IMG/VR virus record: IMGVR_UViG_3300023174_000101
Location: 34,361-98,360 of that record
Reading direction: 5' to 3' (one strand)
DNA: 64,000 nt
Source: a virus
A model generated the notes under the pieces. It ran no database searches, was not told the DNA's origin, and saw nothing but the letters and a program-made list of their open reading frames with translations. Of this stretch, positions 40,906-50,811 are shown piece after piece; position 1 is the first letter of the stretch, and each line of letters opens with the position of its first letter. A program made the position numbers and the translations under genes.

Positions 40906-41203
40906 AACCAGCGACCATCATGCCAGACATGACCAACATTATGCCCACTGCCTGAGTTCCATTTATCTTGGTGCCATGAAGCATAACGCCAACATACCAT
41001 GAAGTACAGTATAGACCGTCGAATAAAATTGCTGCCATTACTGGACTAAACCTTTGCTTAGTCATGAATGACCACGCTAAAACCGTTACCTGTCCGGACA
41101 AGATAGGCCATACCATGCTACCGCCGCCAAAAGACTTCATGGAAGAGTAACTGCCTAACAAGCCAGCGAATACTATCAATAGGATGGGTGGTATAATGTC
41201 CAT
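40892..41203 (-). CDS. small 4-TM membrane protein (SMR/DMT-like)
   Basis: Four hydrophobic segments. Confidence 0.55.
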   Translation of the reverse strand: MDIIPPILLIVFAGLLGSYSSMKSFGGGSMVWPILSGQVTVLAWSFMTKQRFSPVMAAILFDGLYCTSWYVGVMLHGTKINGTQAVGIMLVMSGMMVAGFGSR

Positions 41204-41222
41204 CCTACAATAATAATTATAA

Positions 41223-41294
41223 CACCGCTGGAGGGAATCGAACCCCCGTGGAACGGATTAGAAATCCGCTGCCTGTCCTCTAGGCTACAGCGGC
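41223..41294 (-). tRNA. tRNA-Arg(TCT)
   Basis: GCGGA-TTTCTAA-TCCGT. Confidence 0.88.
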
Positions 41295-41823
41295 TTAATT
41301 ATAATCGAAATCTTCAGGATTGGGCTGGACCAGAGGCGAATGCGTCTGCTGAAGCATTTCGGACGTCAAGTCCAAACCAAGAGCATCAACCATTTTAACT
41401 GACTCAAGGACAAGGGCCATAGCGCCGTCCCTGTCGTCATTTCGATACTTAGTAGCAGCCGTGGCCATAAGGTCTATGACCTTAACCATCTTCTTTTCCA
41501 CGTCACCGACAGGTGCAGCCAATGCTACTGCGCCCTTAATCTGGTTGAGCTTTTGCCAATTCATGACGTTAGCTTAGAGTCGCGTACCTTTTGAAGAGCC
41601 GTAAAGCAATCACGAAGATCGCCAAGGGTGATTGTCGTGCCGTCGCACTCCAATATGTCCGTATCGTCTGGTGTGTCATCTGACACACCAGACCAGCTTA
41701 CTAGGAGTGAAAGAACGGACTCAACCTTATCTAACTCTTCAACGCTAACCGCCATGATTCGACATGTCCTTTGTTTGGAGGGTTCGCAGATTTTATGACG
41801 CGAGCCCACATCCGGTCAACTTA

Positions 41824-42090
41824 TTAGAATGTATGCTGCGGCTCGTCTGTCTTCTCGTCAGCAACACGGTCCAGGTATTCTGCAGGGCTCATGCCTGCAA
41901 ACCCACCGTTGTCATTGTATGTCTTTAGGGCCTCATTCACCCATTGTGGTACGATATACTCACCTGTAATAGCGGAGATACCCCACTTGACCTTCTCAGT
42001 GTTAAGCATAATTGCGATTGTGTCTTCGTGCGTGAGGCGGGTCCAACCATTTGCAGCGGTATACCAAAGCTTAGGGAGTGGAGTGGTCAT
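41824..42090 (-). CDS. GGF-x6-EYL family, member 3 (stand-alone domain)
   Basis: VPQWVNEALKTYNDNGGFAGMSPAEYLDRV; start moved to MTTPLP. Confidence 0.75.
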   Translation of the reverse strand: MTTPLPKLWYTAANGWTRLTHEDTIAIMLNTEKVKWGISAITGEYIVPQWVNEALKTYNDNGGFAGMSPAEYLDRVADEKTDEPQHTF

Positions 42091-43378
42091 AGTCGTTGGG
42101 ATGCCTAATTGCACGGAAAGTAGGGAGGACAGGTACACCATCATCTGAGAGTCTCTGATACTTGAAGTTAACAGTAGATCCAATTAGCTGCTTGTCGTCC
42201 CACAGCTCTTGCCGCAGGTCCTTGGTCAGGCCCTCGCCCGTGCCTATTTCGAACACGACGCCTGACGGCATCTTGCAAACCATCGTACCAAGCGAGCCCT
42301 CGAGCCAGCCCTTGCCTTCAACCTTGTCGATGACTGTTGCCTCAGCGTCCTCGAATGGCTTTACCTTGGTGATGTCGCTTGTGCGCTTGTTCTTGGGCAC
42401 GGAATCTGCGCGGCGCATGATAAGGCCGTCGCACCCTTGCTCAGCCACGTACTTTACCGCCAGGTCATTAAGCATCTGCTCGGTGGGGTCTTGCACACGC
42501 TCGTACTTTACCAGTTCAAGGTATTTAAGACCCTCTGCAAACGCATTCATCGTAATCATTGCGTTGAGCAGCCGGTCGTCATAGTTAGTCTTAGGCTCGT
42601 CGTACTCTGTACCACGAGCCATGTCGAAGATTACATACTTGAGGTCGCCCTCCGGAGCACGCCCATCCTGGGCGAAGAACAGACGCTGCATGGCCTGGAA
42701 ATCCATGCGCCCATTCTTGTAAACCACAATCTCGCCGTCGAAGTTAATATCGTCGGTCGTGCCCATGCGACCGTAAAGCGTGGCGATCTCGTCTTTGATC
42801 TCTTGGAAGCCCTTCCACTCTTTGCCAGTACGGGAGAGTAGAGTAACTTTGCCGCCCACAATGCGTGCCACGCATCTGCCACCATCAAGCTTAGGCTGTA
42901 AGTACCAATTACCTAGCCTGGACTTTAGCTTTTTGTACTGCTCGGCCAGTGGCACGGCGAACAGAGGAATTGTAGAAGGACCGAAAAGCTTATTGATCTC
43001 TTTAGCACCAACATTCAGCCGTGTGTCACGCAAAAGCATGCGGGATGCCCACTTGTACTGTAGTGGCCCACACCTAGATAGCAGCGTTGATACTGCACGC
43101 TTGGCCGAGTTGCCAGCCATAACACGGTCGCCGTACTCATCCTTGGACAGACAGTAAGCAAGCTCGTTGAGCGCAGACCACCACTCATCATCGTTCCTAT
43201 ACGAAGATGGTGCGTCTGGGTCCGGGTCCACCTTGCGGATGCCAAACGTGACGTCCGGGGAGAGTGCCCAATAGAAGTACTGCTTAAGCTCTTTGGACTC
43301 GTTGTTGCGGATTGATGCGAGCCGGTCATTACCCAGGCTCGCGGACTCGATAAGTTCGAGGCTACGGATTAGACTCAT
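42071..43378 (-). CDS. ATP-dependent DNA ligase
   Basis: QPKLDGGRC (KxDG), FDGEI, IFD, DGLIMR, KVKP, OB-fold FEIGTG...PTF.AIR. Confidence 0.93.
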   Translation of the reverse strand: MSLIRSLELIESASLGNDRLASIRNNESKELKQYFYWALSPDVTFGIRKVDPDPDAPSSYRNDDEWWSALNELAYCLSKDEYGDRVMAGNSAKRAVSTLLSRCGPLQYKWASRMLLRDTRLNVGAKEINKLFGPSTIPLFAVPLAEQYKKLKSRLGNWYLQPKLDGGRCVARIVGGKVTLLSRTGKEWKGFQEIKDEIATLYGRMGTTDDINFDGEIVVYKNGRMDFQAMQRLFFAQDGRAPEGDLKYVIFDMARGTEYDEPKTNYDDRLLNAMITMNAFAEGLKYLELVKYERVQDPTEQMLNDLAVKYVAEQGCDGLIMRRADSVPKNKRTSDITKVKPFEDAEATVIDKVEGKGWLEGSLGTMVCKMPSGVVFEIGTGEGLTKDLRQELWDDKQLIGSTVNFKYQRLSDDGVPVLPTFRAIRHPNDYDHSTP

Positions 43379-43414
43379 GGTATTAATTGTGGTTGATTTG
43401 TGGAGAACCACAGG

Positions 43415-43441
43415 GGGGAGGGAGCCCAATGCTCCCTCCCC
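43415..43441. terminator. 11-bp GC-rich hairpin between genes (terminator or 5' stabiliser)
   Basis: GGGGAGGGAGC-ccaat-GCTCCCTCCCC. Confidence 0.5.
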
Positions 43442-43470
43442 ACCTTGTGGCGTCGTAGGCGGGATGGGGA

Positions 43471-44073
43471 TTACGCCTGCGACTTTGCCGCTTCAAGCAA
43501 ATGCTTAAACGGGCCTGCTCTCATCTTGCTTTCATAACGTACGATGCGATGGTCATAAACTGGTAGTCCGACACCCATTGCATACTTCTCTACTGCGACC
43601 TTGATTTTACGTTCAACTTCATCTACTGCAACTACCTCTGCGCGTCGTTCGACTGAAAAATCGCCGCTAGGCTTGAGTAGCCCCTTAGCATACTTAACTA
43701 CACGACTGTCGTCTACGTCAAGACCTAGCGACTGTGCGTAGTGAAGTACGGCGCACTTGAACTTGTTGTTGTCCACGCTTGCATCAATCGAAACCGAGTC
43801 TACGTCTTCTGGTGCTGTGGCAGACTGTGCGTACTTCCTTACCACCGGGTCTTGCACACTGAGGTTCAGTGATTCGGCGTAGTGTCTGACTGCCTCAGTA
43901 TTGTCTACCTTCGTGTTGTCAACTGCCGTTGCGTCAACATCATCCTCTGTGAGGCCCTGCGATGCTGCGTACCGGACAGCTCTGGGTGAGTCAATCGTAA
44001 TACCCTGGCTTGCTGCATACCTGCGAAGACGCGCCAGTGCTTCGATTTTGGAGACACCAGACCCGCTCAACAT
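43471..44073 (-). CDS. YAxSxGL-repeat protein (4 repeats)
   Basis: AVRHYAESLNLSVQDPVVRKYA, AVLHYAQSLGLDVDDSRVVKYA and two more. Confidence 0.75.
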   Translation of the reverse strand: MLSGSGVSKIEALARLRRYAASQGITIDSPRAVRYAASQGLTEDDVDATAVDNTKVDNTEAVRHYAESLNLSVQDPVVRKYAQSATAPEDVDSVSIDASVDNNKFKCAVLHYAQSLGLDVDDSRVVKYAKGLLKPSGDFSVERRAEVVAVDEVERKIKVAVEKYAMGVGLPVYDHRIVRYESKMRAGPFKHLLEAAKSQA

Positions 44074-44148
44074 TTTAGTTCAGCTCCAGCGTTCGAACTG
44101 CGGTTTGACTGCAATGCGCCCACCCCCCGTGGCCGCATCACAACTAAC

Positions 44149-44164
44149 TGCACAGCGCGTGCCA
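44149..44164 (-). promoter_or_regulatory. sigma54 -24/-12 promoter
   Basis: TGGCACG-CGCT-GTGCA. Confidence 0.75.
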
Positions 44165-44168
44165 GGCG

Positions 44169-44462
44169 CTACTTGGCTTTGGCCTTATGTTCCCCCCACA
44201 TTCGGTTAAGGTATTCACTCAACTGCATGTCACCAAATCCTTCATTTGCGACGAAGGTACGGACCGCATCGCCCACGAACTCGGGCACCACCACCTGACT
44301 GCGTGACGACATCATGGGGTCTTGCTGTACACCGGACCTACGAATGTGATCGATAGCACGGTGGTCGCCTACAATAGTGACCCACTTCTTGCCAAACCTT
44401 ACGATTGGCTTGCCAACAGAGATCTGCTTGAGGATTGCGGCATCTATATCTTGTGTGATCAT
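44169..44462 (-). CDS. GGF-x6-EYL family, member 4
   Basis: VPEFVGDAVRTFVANEGFGDMQLSEYLNRM. Confidence 0.75.
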   Translation of the reverse strand: MITQDIDAAILKQISVGKPIVRFGKKWVTIVGDHRAIDHIRRSGVQQDPMMSSRSQVVVPEFVGDAVRTFVANEGFGDMQLSEYLNRMWGEHKAKAK

Positions 44463-44944
44463 GGCGTGTACATATTAGGGTATGGCCACCAGTCAGGTGG
44501 CTGTGATGGTGGAGTCCAGCAGCCAAAGTAATACTTGTCTGCAATGTAGTACGTCTGATATGCAATAACAGGGTCTGGGTACTTGTACGCAATTGGCATT
44601 GCCTGGGCAAAAGGCGTTAATGCTTGCTGGGGGAAGGCAAGCTTGTATGCATTATCTGCACACCACTCGATTGTAGACTCGCACGCGTGCCTTTTACCGA
44701 ACCGAATGGTGTACTCTGTTGCAAGTGCAATACCATGCATCAACAGCCACTCGTAATTTTCAAACGAGGCCCGCGTCCACTTAGCACACGGATGGTTGTA
44801 ATGCGTACGCCCATACGGAGCCGTGCCTGGGTCATAGACCGCACATAGTAGCTGTGCAGTCTCAAGCACCATTTTACGTACATGCTTATCGTTCTGCTGC
44901 TTGGCAGCAGATACGGGATCCGTAGAGAGTACGAAGATATTCAT
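44459..44944 (-). CDS. pyrimidine-dimer DNA glycosylase family protein
   Basis: MNIFVL...DKHVRKMVLETAQLL...THYNHPCAKW...QAMP. Confidence 0.8.
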   Translation of the reverse strand: MNIFVLSTDPVSAAKQQNDKHVRKMVLETAQLLCAVYDPGTAPYGRTHYNHPCAKWTRASFENYEWLLMHGIALATEYTIRFGKRHACESTIEWCADNAYKLAFPQQALTPFAQAMPIAYKYPDPVIAYQTYYIADKYYFGCWTPPSQPPDWWPYPNMYTP

Positions 44945-45188
44945 CAGTTAAAGTGGTCGCCGTGGAAGTAGTGATTGACACGAACCTTGGTGTCAATCGT
45001 AGACAGCGTGGCGATGCGGTTCATAATGGACGCCACTTCGGTCTCATGCCTGTCAAATACCTCTGACAGCTGCGACGAGAACGTAGTCATTAGGATTTTC
45101 TTTTGGCGGTTGATCTTGCGTTTGTAGTAGTAAGACGTTGCAAACGCAGATAGAATGCCAGACGCCACCGCTACTAGTACATGAGTCA

Positions 45189-45521
45189 TTATACCATCCT
45201 TGCTAAATACTCTTCGATTGTTAGATCTGCGAACCCGCCATCCATCTTGCTGTATTGCTCAATTGCTTCAATTATCCACCTAGGGACTATACAGATGTCG
45301 TAGTCGCCCCATGCGTTCTGCCTGTGTGAAAGTTCGAGACCAACCCTGTCGCACAGCTTCACGACTTCATCTGGCGAAATAAGGAGCGCGTAGTCGTCCT
45401 TGTCACTGAACATCCGACCAATGCGCTCACTTTCCTGGTCGGACATCTCTTTGAGGACGCGTTTGATGTGGAAGATTCTAAACCCAGGCGCATCGCGTGG
45501 AAGTGAATCCACAAGTGCCAT
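45189..45521 (-). CDS. GGF-x6-EYL family, member 5
   Basis: VPRWIIEAIEQYSKMDGGFADLTIEEYLARM; start moved out of the tRNA. Confidence 0.75.
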   Translation of the reverse strand: MALVDSLPRDAPGFRIFHIKRVLKEMSDQESERIGRMFSDKDDYALLISPDEVVKLCDRVGLELSHRQNAWGDYDICIVPRWIIEAIEQYSKMDGGFADLTIEEYLARMV

Positions 45522-45556
45522 ATTAGTGTGGTCCTTATTGGTGGTTTGGTGTAGAG

Positions 45557-45629
45557 TGGGACCGGTGGGGATCGAACCCACGACCATAGGATTAAAAGTC
45601 CTGTGCTCTACCAACTGAGCTACGGTCCC
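45557..45629 (-). tRNA. tRNA-Lys(TTT)
   Basis: Canonical cloverleaf; anticodon loop CTTTTAA. Confidence 0.93.
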
Positions 45630-45637
45630 TGGGCTGC

Positions 45638-46288
45638 TTACTGCTTAATCTCAATTACGACCTTAACGCTGTCGTTGTCGTATCCTACGAGCATCGTCTT
45701 GTCGCCGTTAGGGAAGTCGATAACGTTCAGCACGTTTCCGTAGTTGTGCGCTCCCCTAATTGACGCCCCGTGCTTGGCAAGCTCTTTGTCGATTTGGTCT
45801 ACAATGTAGTTATTGTAATGCGCCAGACCTTTTGGCACTGAGATGGATAGAGCTGCACTGCCGCTTGACGGGGCGGGGATTGCGACTTCAACGTTGAACG
45901 TAACGGTCTGAGGCAGATTGACTGTGTTCGGGTTAACGCCAGCCGCCTGCTGCGTGGGCTGCTGTGCCTGTGCCTGCTGGGCTTGGGGTTGCTGCTGGGC
46001 CGCAATCTTAGCTGCACGCCCGTTAGCCTCGTCCTCAGTGAGAACGGAGGGAGACTGTGCCATGAACTTACCGACCGGGGTCTCAAACCAGTCGCCGTCC
46101 TTGATGCGGTTATCCTCGGAGCGTAGTCCGTGTAGCGCCTTCTTCATGGCGTCTGCAGCGCTGGGGTCGGTCTGCGGACAGCCGATGTCAATCATCACGG
46201 CGCTGTTGAGCAGCGGGACCTTAAGGCCCTGGACCTCATACCAGCCGTCGTTCGCACCTGCGTACAATTCAGATACAGTGTAGTTCAT
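45638..46288 (-). CDS. two-domain protein with Gln-rich linker
   Basis: ORF with its own promoter. Confidence 0.65.
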   Translation of the reverse strand: MNYTVSELYAGANDGWYEVQGLKVPLLNSAVMIDIGCPQTDPSAADAMKKALHGLRSEDNRIKDGDWFETPVGKFMAQSPSVLTEDEANGRAAKIAAQQQPQAQQAQAQQPTQQAAGVNPNTVNLPQTVTFNVEVAIPAPSSGSAALSISVPKGLAHYNNYIVDQIDKELAKHGASIRGAHNYGNVLNVIDFPNGDKTMLVGYDNDSVKVVIEIKQ

Positions 46289-46321
46289 TTCACTCTCATT
46301 GGGGATTGCGCGTGTTGTAAC

Positions 46322-46337
46322 TGCATACGGCGTGCCG
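46322..46337 (-). promoter_or_regulatory. sigma54 -24/-12 promoter
   Basis: CGGCACG-CCGT-ATGCA. Confidence 0.7.
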
Positions 46338-46999
46338 GCGGCCTCTACGGCGAGACCGCAGCCACACCAGCTTCCATATACTTGACGTTGGGTAGGAGCT
46401 TTGCCCCTGTTACTTCGTGTTCAACTACACCCTTCATGTCCGATACCAGCTTATTGATGCACAAGATTGCGTTATTAATGCTTGAATCTGCACCCATCTG
46501 TACGTGTGCTGTGCAAAGCAGGTCGTACTTGTCAGCCCGTACACCGTACGTACTTGAGCTTGGGGTGAAACGTACGCCAACCAAGCCCGACTTTGGCCTA
46601 AAGCAGGCTTTCATGTCGTTAGCGGCTGTAATATAAACGTCTTTCAGCTGCGGCGACACTATGTTGATGCCATACAGCTGGGCGTCGGCCATGACTGATC
46701 GCTCTACTTTAAAATCTACTTCGTATAGCATATAGTCACCTAGTAAATTGAAATGTCGCCGCCACCATCAAGGCCACTGACTGCACCCCAATCGCCCCAC
46801 TCTGGAATCATGCCCATGCAATCGCCATGGTGCTTTATACGAGCAAGAATGGTTAGATTCTTTTCGGAGCGAAGGTGTCCCTCTTCGCCCTTGTATTCTT
46901 TGTAGTACGTGTCTAAGTAAACTACGTTCTTGTCCTTCGTCCTCTGCTTCTTTTTGGGCCAACCAGACATTGTACACTCACTTGCTTGGGGTTTAAAAG

Positions 47000-47071
47000 T
47001 GGGCCGTGCAGGATTCGAACCTGCAACCAATCAGTTATGAGCTGACCGCTCGACCATTGAGCTAACGGCCC
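47000..47071 (-). tRNA. tRNA with CAT anticodon (Ile2-like or elongator Met)
   Basis: TCAG-CTCATAA-CTGA; body resembles tRNA-Ile2; not an initiator. Confidence 0.85.
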
Positions 47072-47426
47072 AATCGACCATCACGCACGCCAGGGAGGTG
47101 GAACATGCGTGATGGAAGGGTCACCAGTGAATCTTACTTCACGAGACCGTACTGCATACAATACTCTTCAAACTTGCTGCGATATTCTTGCTCAGTTGCC
47201 TGGCTCTTGTCAAGCTGCTCGGTCACACGCTCAATTTCTGCAGCGTTGCCAGACTCGATCGCACGCTGGGCCTTGAATAAGAGCTGCTCGATCTTCGCAG
47301 ACTCCTTCTTCATCAAGCTGTGATAAAATTCAAGATTGTAAACTGCCGCCTCAGTGCCACTCATTGGCCTGAGCCCGCTCGTCCGTTGCCGGTTCAGTTC
47401 GTTCATGTCACCCATGTAATTATCCC

Positions 47427-48035
47427 CTAGTACTCACGCGCCATCTTGCGGATCGCATTCCTGACGAACTCGGTAATCTTCTCTTCGATCAGAGTGTCCG
47501 CATCTTCGTGTGTGCTCTTCCCGATAATTGCCTCGGCAACATCGTCCATGCTGATGCTCTCGGCCACCTTCGCCGCCAAGTCATCCAGATCGACTTCACG
47601 TGCGATGTCGCCCACCTCAATGTTGTTTGCAACCTCATTGACGTCCACTTCGCGTGCGATCTTTTCGTGGTCAATGTAGAGACTAAACTCAGTATTGCCC
47701 ATCTGTTGCTTGACTTCGGTCTCAACAGCGAGCACAATCGAGGAGTCGATAGTCTCAGCAACACTGGACATAATCTTGTCTGTGGCGATCTCCTCCAAAT
47801 TGCCATCACTGTTGGTCTTGAGCTTGGTCAGCAGAACGTTGAAAACGCTGTTGATCTGGTGCAACGAGTCCTCGATCGAAGACAGTCGCTGGTCGATGTT
47901 GCGCACCTTCACGGTGAGTGCATCGGGCTGCGTGTCCTTCGACAGAACGATCTGGCCCGCGTCCTGCTTGGTTGCCTCAAGGATAGGCTTGATGCTGTTG
48001 AGGTAGTCGATGATCTGATTGATGTTCACGTCCAT
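47427..48035 (-). CDS. acidic helical protein with 9-aa internal repeats
   Basis: IDHEKIARE-VDVNEVANN-IEVGDIARE-VDLDDLAAK. Confidence 0.65.
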   Translation of the reverse strand: MDVNINQIIDYLNSIKPILEATKQDAGQIVLSKDTQPDALTVKVRNIDQRLSSIEDSLHQINSVFNVLLTKLKTNSDGNLEEIATDKIMSSVAETIDSSIVLAVETEVKQQMGNTEFSLYIDHEKIAREVDVNEVANNIEVGDIAREVDLDDLAAKVAESISMDDVAEAIIGKSTHEDADTLIEEKITEFVRNAIRKMAREY

Positions 48036-48225
48036 TTTGGTGTTCTCCTCTTAAGGTTCAATCACAACAGCATTCACTACGTCGTCGCCAACTTCGATTT
48101 CCTCGACCTGCACTTCTGATTCAATGCTCAAATCAACTACTGTATCCTTATTCTTGCCAATGTAGACCGGCATGTCAAGGTCAAAATCGGCAAGCTTAAG
48201 AAGCAAATCCCTTACGATCATTGGC

Positions 48226-48492
48226 TTAGTCGTCTTCATCGTCGTACTCATCGCGTAACTCCTGCAGCACTAAAGAGTGCAGCTCTTGGATAAAGAGTGA
48301 CGCGAGTTCCTCCATCGTCACCCTGTTTACGAACCCAGGGTTCACGTAGGCGTGGCCTTTGCTGAACATCAAAGTAGGCACGCGGCTGTTCAGCACTAGG
48401 TTGCATCTGCCCGATGATCCATCCCTAATTAGACCAAGGGAAGCGGGGAAAGTGTCGCTCAAAAGAATAACTACGGCCTCTAGCCTCTCCAT
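48226..48492 (-). CDS. truncated, non-catalytic paralogue of the DUF2201-like peptidase N-domain
   Basis: PTLMFSKGHAYVNPGFV...LASLFIQELH aligns with PTMAIAKSGRIHVNSDFV...LKGVLAHEMLH. Confidence 0.55.
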   Translation of the reverse strand: MERLEAVVILLSDTFPASLGLIRDGSSGRCNLVLNSRVPTLMFSKGHAYVNPGFVNRVTMEELASLFIQELHSLVLQELRDEYDDEDD

Positions 48493-48517
48493 CGCCACTT
48501 GTTCCGCCGCATCCATA

Positions 48518-48533
48518 TGCAATTCCCGTGCCA
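48518..48533 (-). promoter_or_regulatory. sigma54 -24/-12 promoter
   Basis: TGGCACG-GGAA-TTGCA. Confidence 0.8.
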
Positions 48534-49245
48534 GGCGCCTTGGCTATTTAACTAGCCGAAGTCCATTCAAGAAGCGAACGTTCTCCGCCCACTTCGTAAT
48601 CTGGGTCGTGCATGTATAGCACGAACCATACTTCTTGAAGCGAGAACTTTCCTTCAAGGTCGTATAATCCATTCGTTCACCTTCGCATCCTTCTTTACCA
48701 CAGCTGCCACCAATATCATCTATGCGGAGTGTGTGCTTTTCCTTGTCCGGGTCATTGCTAAAGTTGAACTCAATCTCCATCCCGACTCTTGGCTGAATCA
48801 TTATCTTTCCTTTCTATGATACGCGGTGGTAGTCCCCACCAATTCCTGCTATCAAGCAGACGGTGAAGTTCGGCTTGAGCCGTTTCAAATTTGTGGAGTA
48901 CCGCCATGGACCTGTATCCATGGCGGCTCCACTTCTGTACTTCGTACTTCCCACTAACGTCTTTTGGCGACGTCTGTGACGAACAGTGACACTGCTCCAT
49001 TCTTCACCTTAGGTGCGTTCTGCGACATGGCATAACGAATTCCTGCGGAAGGTGAACAGGCAAGCATGTACTGTGTGAGGCGCGGGTCCCGGTTAATCTG
49101 AATAGAACCCGCAGTCTTATGTCCGTACACCATGACGCCGGTCAACCGAGCCGGTTCGTCTGATGCACAGTCGATGCATTCATTTACTTTACCAAAATTC
49201 CTGCCCTCAAGCTTCGACTGCTCGGCTTTCTGCTTGGGGCTGAAT

Positions 49246-49584
49246 TCAACGCCGCAGTGTATGCATTCCATTTTCCACCCACGATGGGTTTACCCAAGAT
49301 AGGACTTCGCACGCCTTCTTCAACGACATTCCCTTCTGCTCCGCCTCGTGTAGACGGTTCAACATCGTGTGGCTCAGCTTGACGAGCAGCTCGGAGGACG
49401 TGGTGGCGGGGAGTTCGGTGCAGTATGAACCATCGTCCACGACTTCCCACCCTTCAAATCCAGCACGATAAACGTCAAACCGGATGAGTTCCTTATCGTG
49501 TACATCGTATGGGTCGTATTCTCCATTATATACCTCGCCAAGCGCCACCCAATCAATCATGAACTTGCCAAGTGCGACTCTCAT
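49246..49584 (-). CDS. conserved phage protein (GE.YNGEYDP...D.SYCT)
   Basis: Motif; ATGA overlap. Confidence 0.6.
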   Translation of the reverse strand: MRVALGKFMIDWVALGEVYNGEYDPYDVHDKELIRFDVYRAGFEGWEVVDDGSYCTELPATTSSELLVKLSHTMLNRLHEAEQKGMSLKKACEVLSWVNPSWVENGMHTLRR

Positions 49585-50148
49585 GGGTCAAGCTCCGTGA
49601 CCAGCGGCGTGCCCTTAATCACCTGCACCCAGTCCTCGTCCCCCATCTTGAACGCCATGGCGAGCACGTACTGCTTAACACACGCCTCTCGCTGCATGAT
49701 GGCCACGGCCTTGAGGAGCTCCTCCTTCTTGGCGATCTCCTTATTGAGGGCTTCGACCTCCTTTTGGAGTCGCTCTGCCTCGTTCGAAAGGACAGTTGAG
49801 TACTTATCGTTGCACTGATGACACCTTACATGTTGGCATTCAACCATGGTAGTTCCTCCTATCGGATCGTCAGATCAAACACGCTTGGGTAGAATTCCTG
49901 CTGCCAAACCCCATCGAGCTTTGAACAGCAAATCTTACGTGGGTGATGACAAGCCTCAAACACCCACTCCTCTCCACGGAAACAAACAATCTTGTCTCCA
50001 GGCTGGAGCAGCTCGCCGTCCTTATTGAACACCCCGTATACCGGCCTGGGACCGGTGTGCATCGAATTCTTGATGATAATCTTCTTGCTTCCCATTTGTG
50101 CTTCCTCCCTTTGCTGCAAGTACAACAACCACGGCCAATTGCTGCGCT

Positions 50149-50691
50149 TCACATCGCTTCCATCTTGTTGAGGTATTCCTCGATTGTGAGATCACCGAAC
50201 CCACCTTTCGAGAATATAGACATCGCGGACAGCACCCACTTGGGGACAACGTAGGCGCAAGTCCTCTGACAAAATTTGACCCTTATTCTCTTAGCCTGGA
50301 GCGCAGTCTTCATATGATGAGCGTCAGGGAGCGTGGTCCACACATCGCTGTGGAATTCGAACTCACTGAGGAGCTCGATGTTTGCGAGCCTCCGAGCCAT
50401 CGTATGAGCGGAACCAGAGTGCAAAAACCTCATGGTCTCAGACCCAGCCATTGTACCATAGATTCTTCCACCACCATCGAAGTGCCTGACGGTGTATTCC
50501 CTGCGTGCTCCACGCCTCTGTTCAGAGGTTACGAAGTACGTACTTCGTAACCTCGAGGTTACGAAGTACACGCCGCCAGTGCCCTCATAGACTTTGCTAT
50601 GGACACGGCTCTTGAACCAGCGCATGTGCTCTTTATCGAAGAACTTGCCGCCGAACTCTATGTGTCTCCTCTTGATGTCATCGATAGTCAT
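50149..50691 (-). CDS. GGF-x6-EYL family, member 6 (fused to an unrelated N-domain)
   Basis: VPKWVLSAMSIFSKGGFGDLTIEEYLNKM; GGAGG RBS. Confidence 0.75.
   Translation of the reverse strand: MTIDDIKRRHIEFGGKFFDKEHMRWFKSRVHSKVYEGTGGVYFVTSRLRSTYFVTSEQRRGARREYTVRHFDGGGRIYGTMAGSETMRFLHSGSAHTMARRLANIELLSEFEFHSDVWTTLPDAHHMKTALQAKRIRVKFCQRTCAYVVPKWVLSAMSIFSKGGFGDLTIEEYLNKMEAM
50525..50569. repeat. 15-bp inverted triplication (direct-inverted-direct)
   Basis: GAGGTTACGAAGTAC|GTACTTCGTAACCTC|GAGGTTACGAAGTAC. Confidence 0.9.
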
Positions 50692-50811
50692 ACTGCCTCC
50701 CTTACAGTAAGATTGTGGCCTGCCTCGTCAGTTGGGGTGGGCCAGTTCCCCAAGATCATGCGCCCGTCGCTACTATGCTTACGGCACGCATGATTTCGGC
50801 CAATCCTTGTG

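Noticed and set aside
44085-44135. TTCGAAC loop downstream of the 44149 promoter as another mini-tRNA
   Set aside because: Stem of only about 3 bp and no acceptor pairing.
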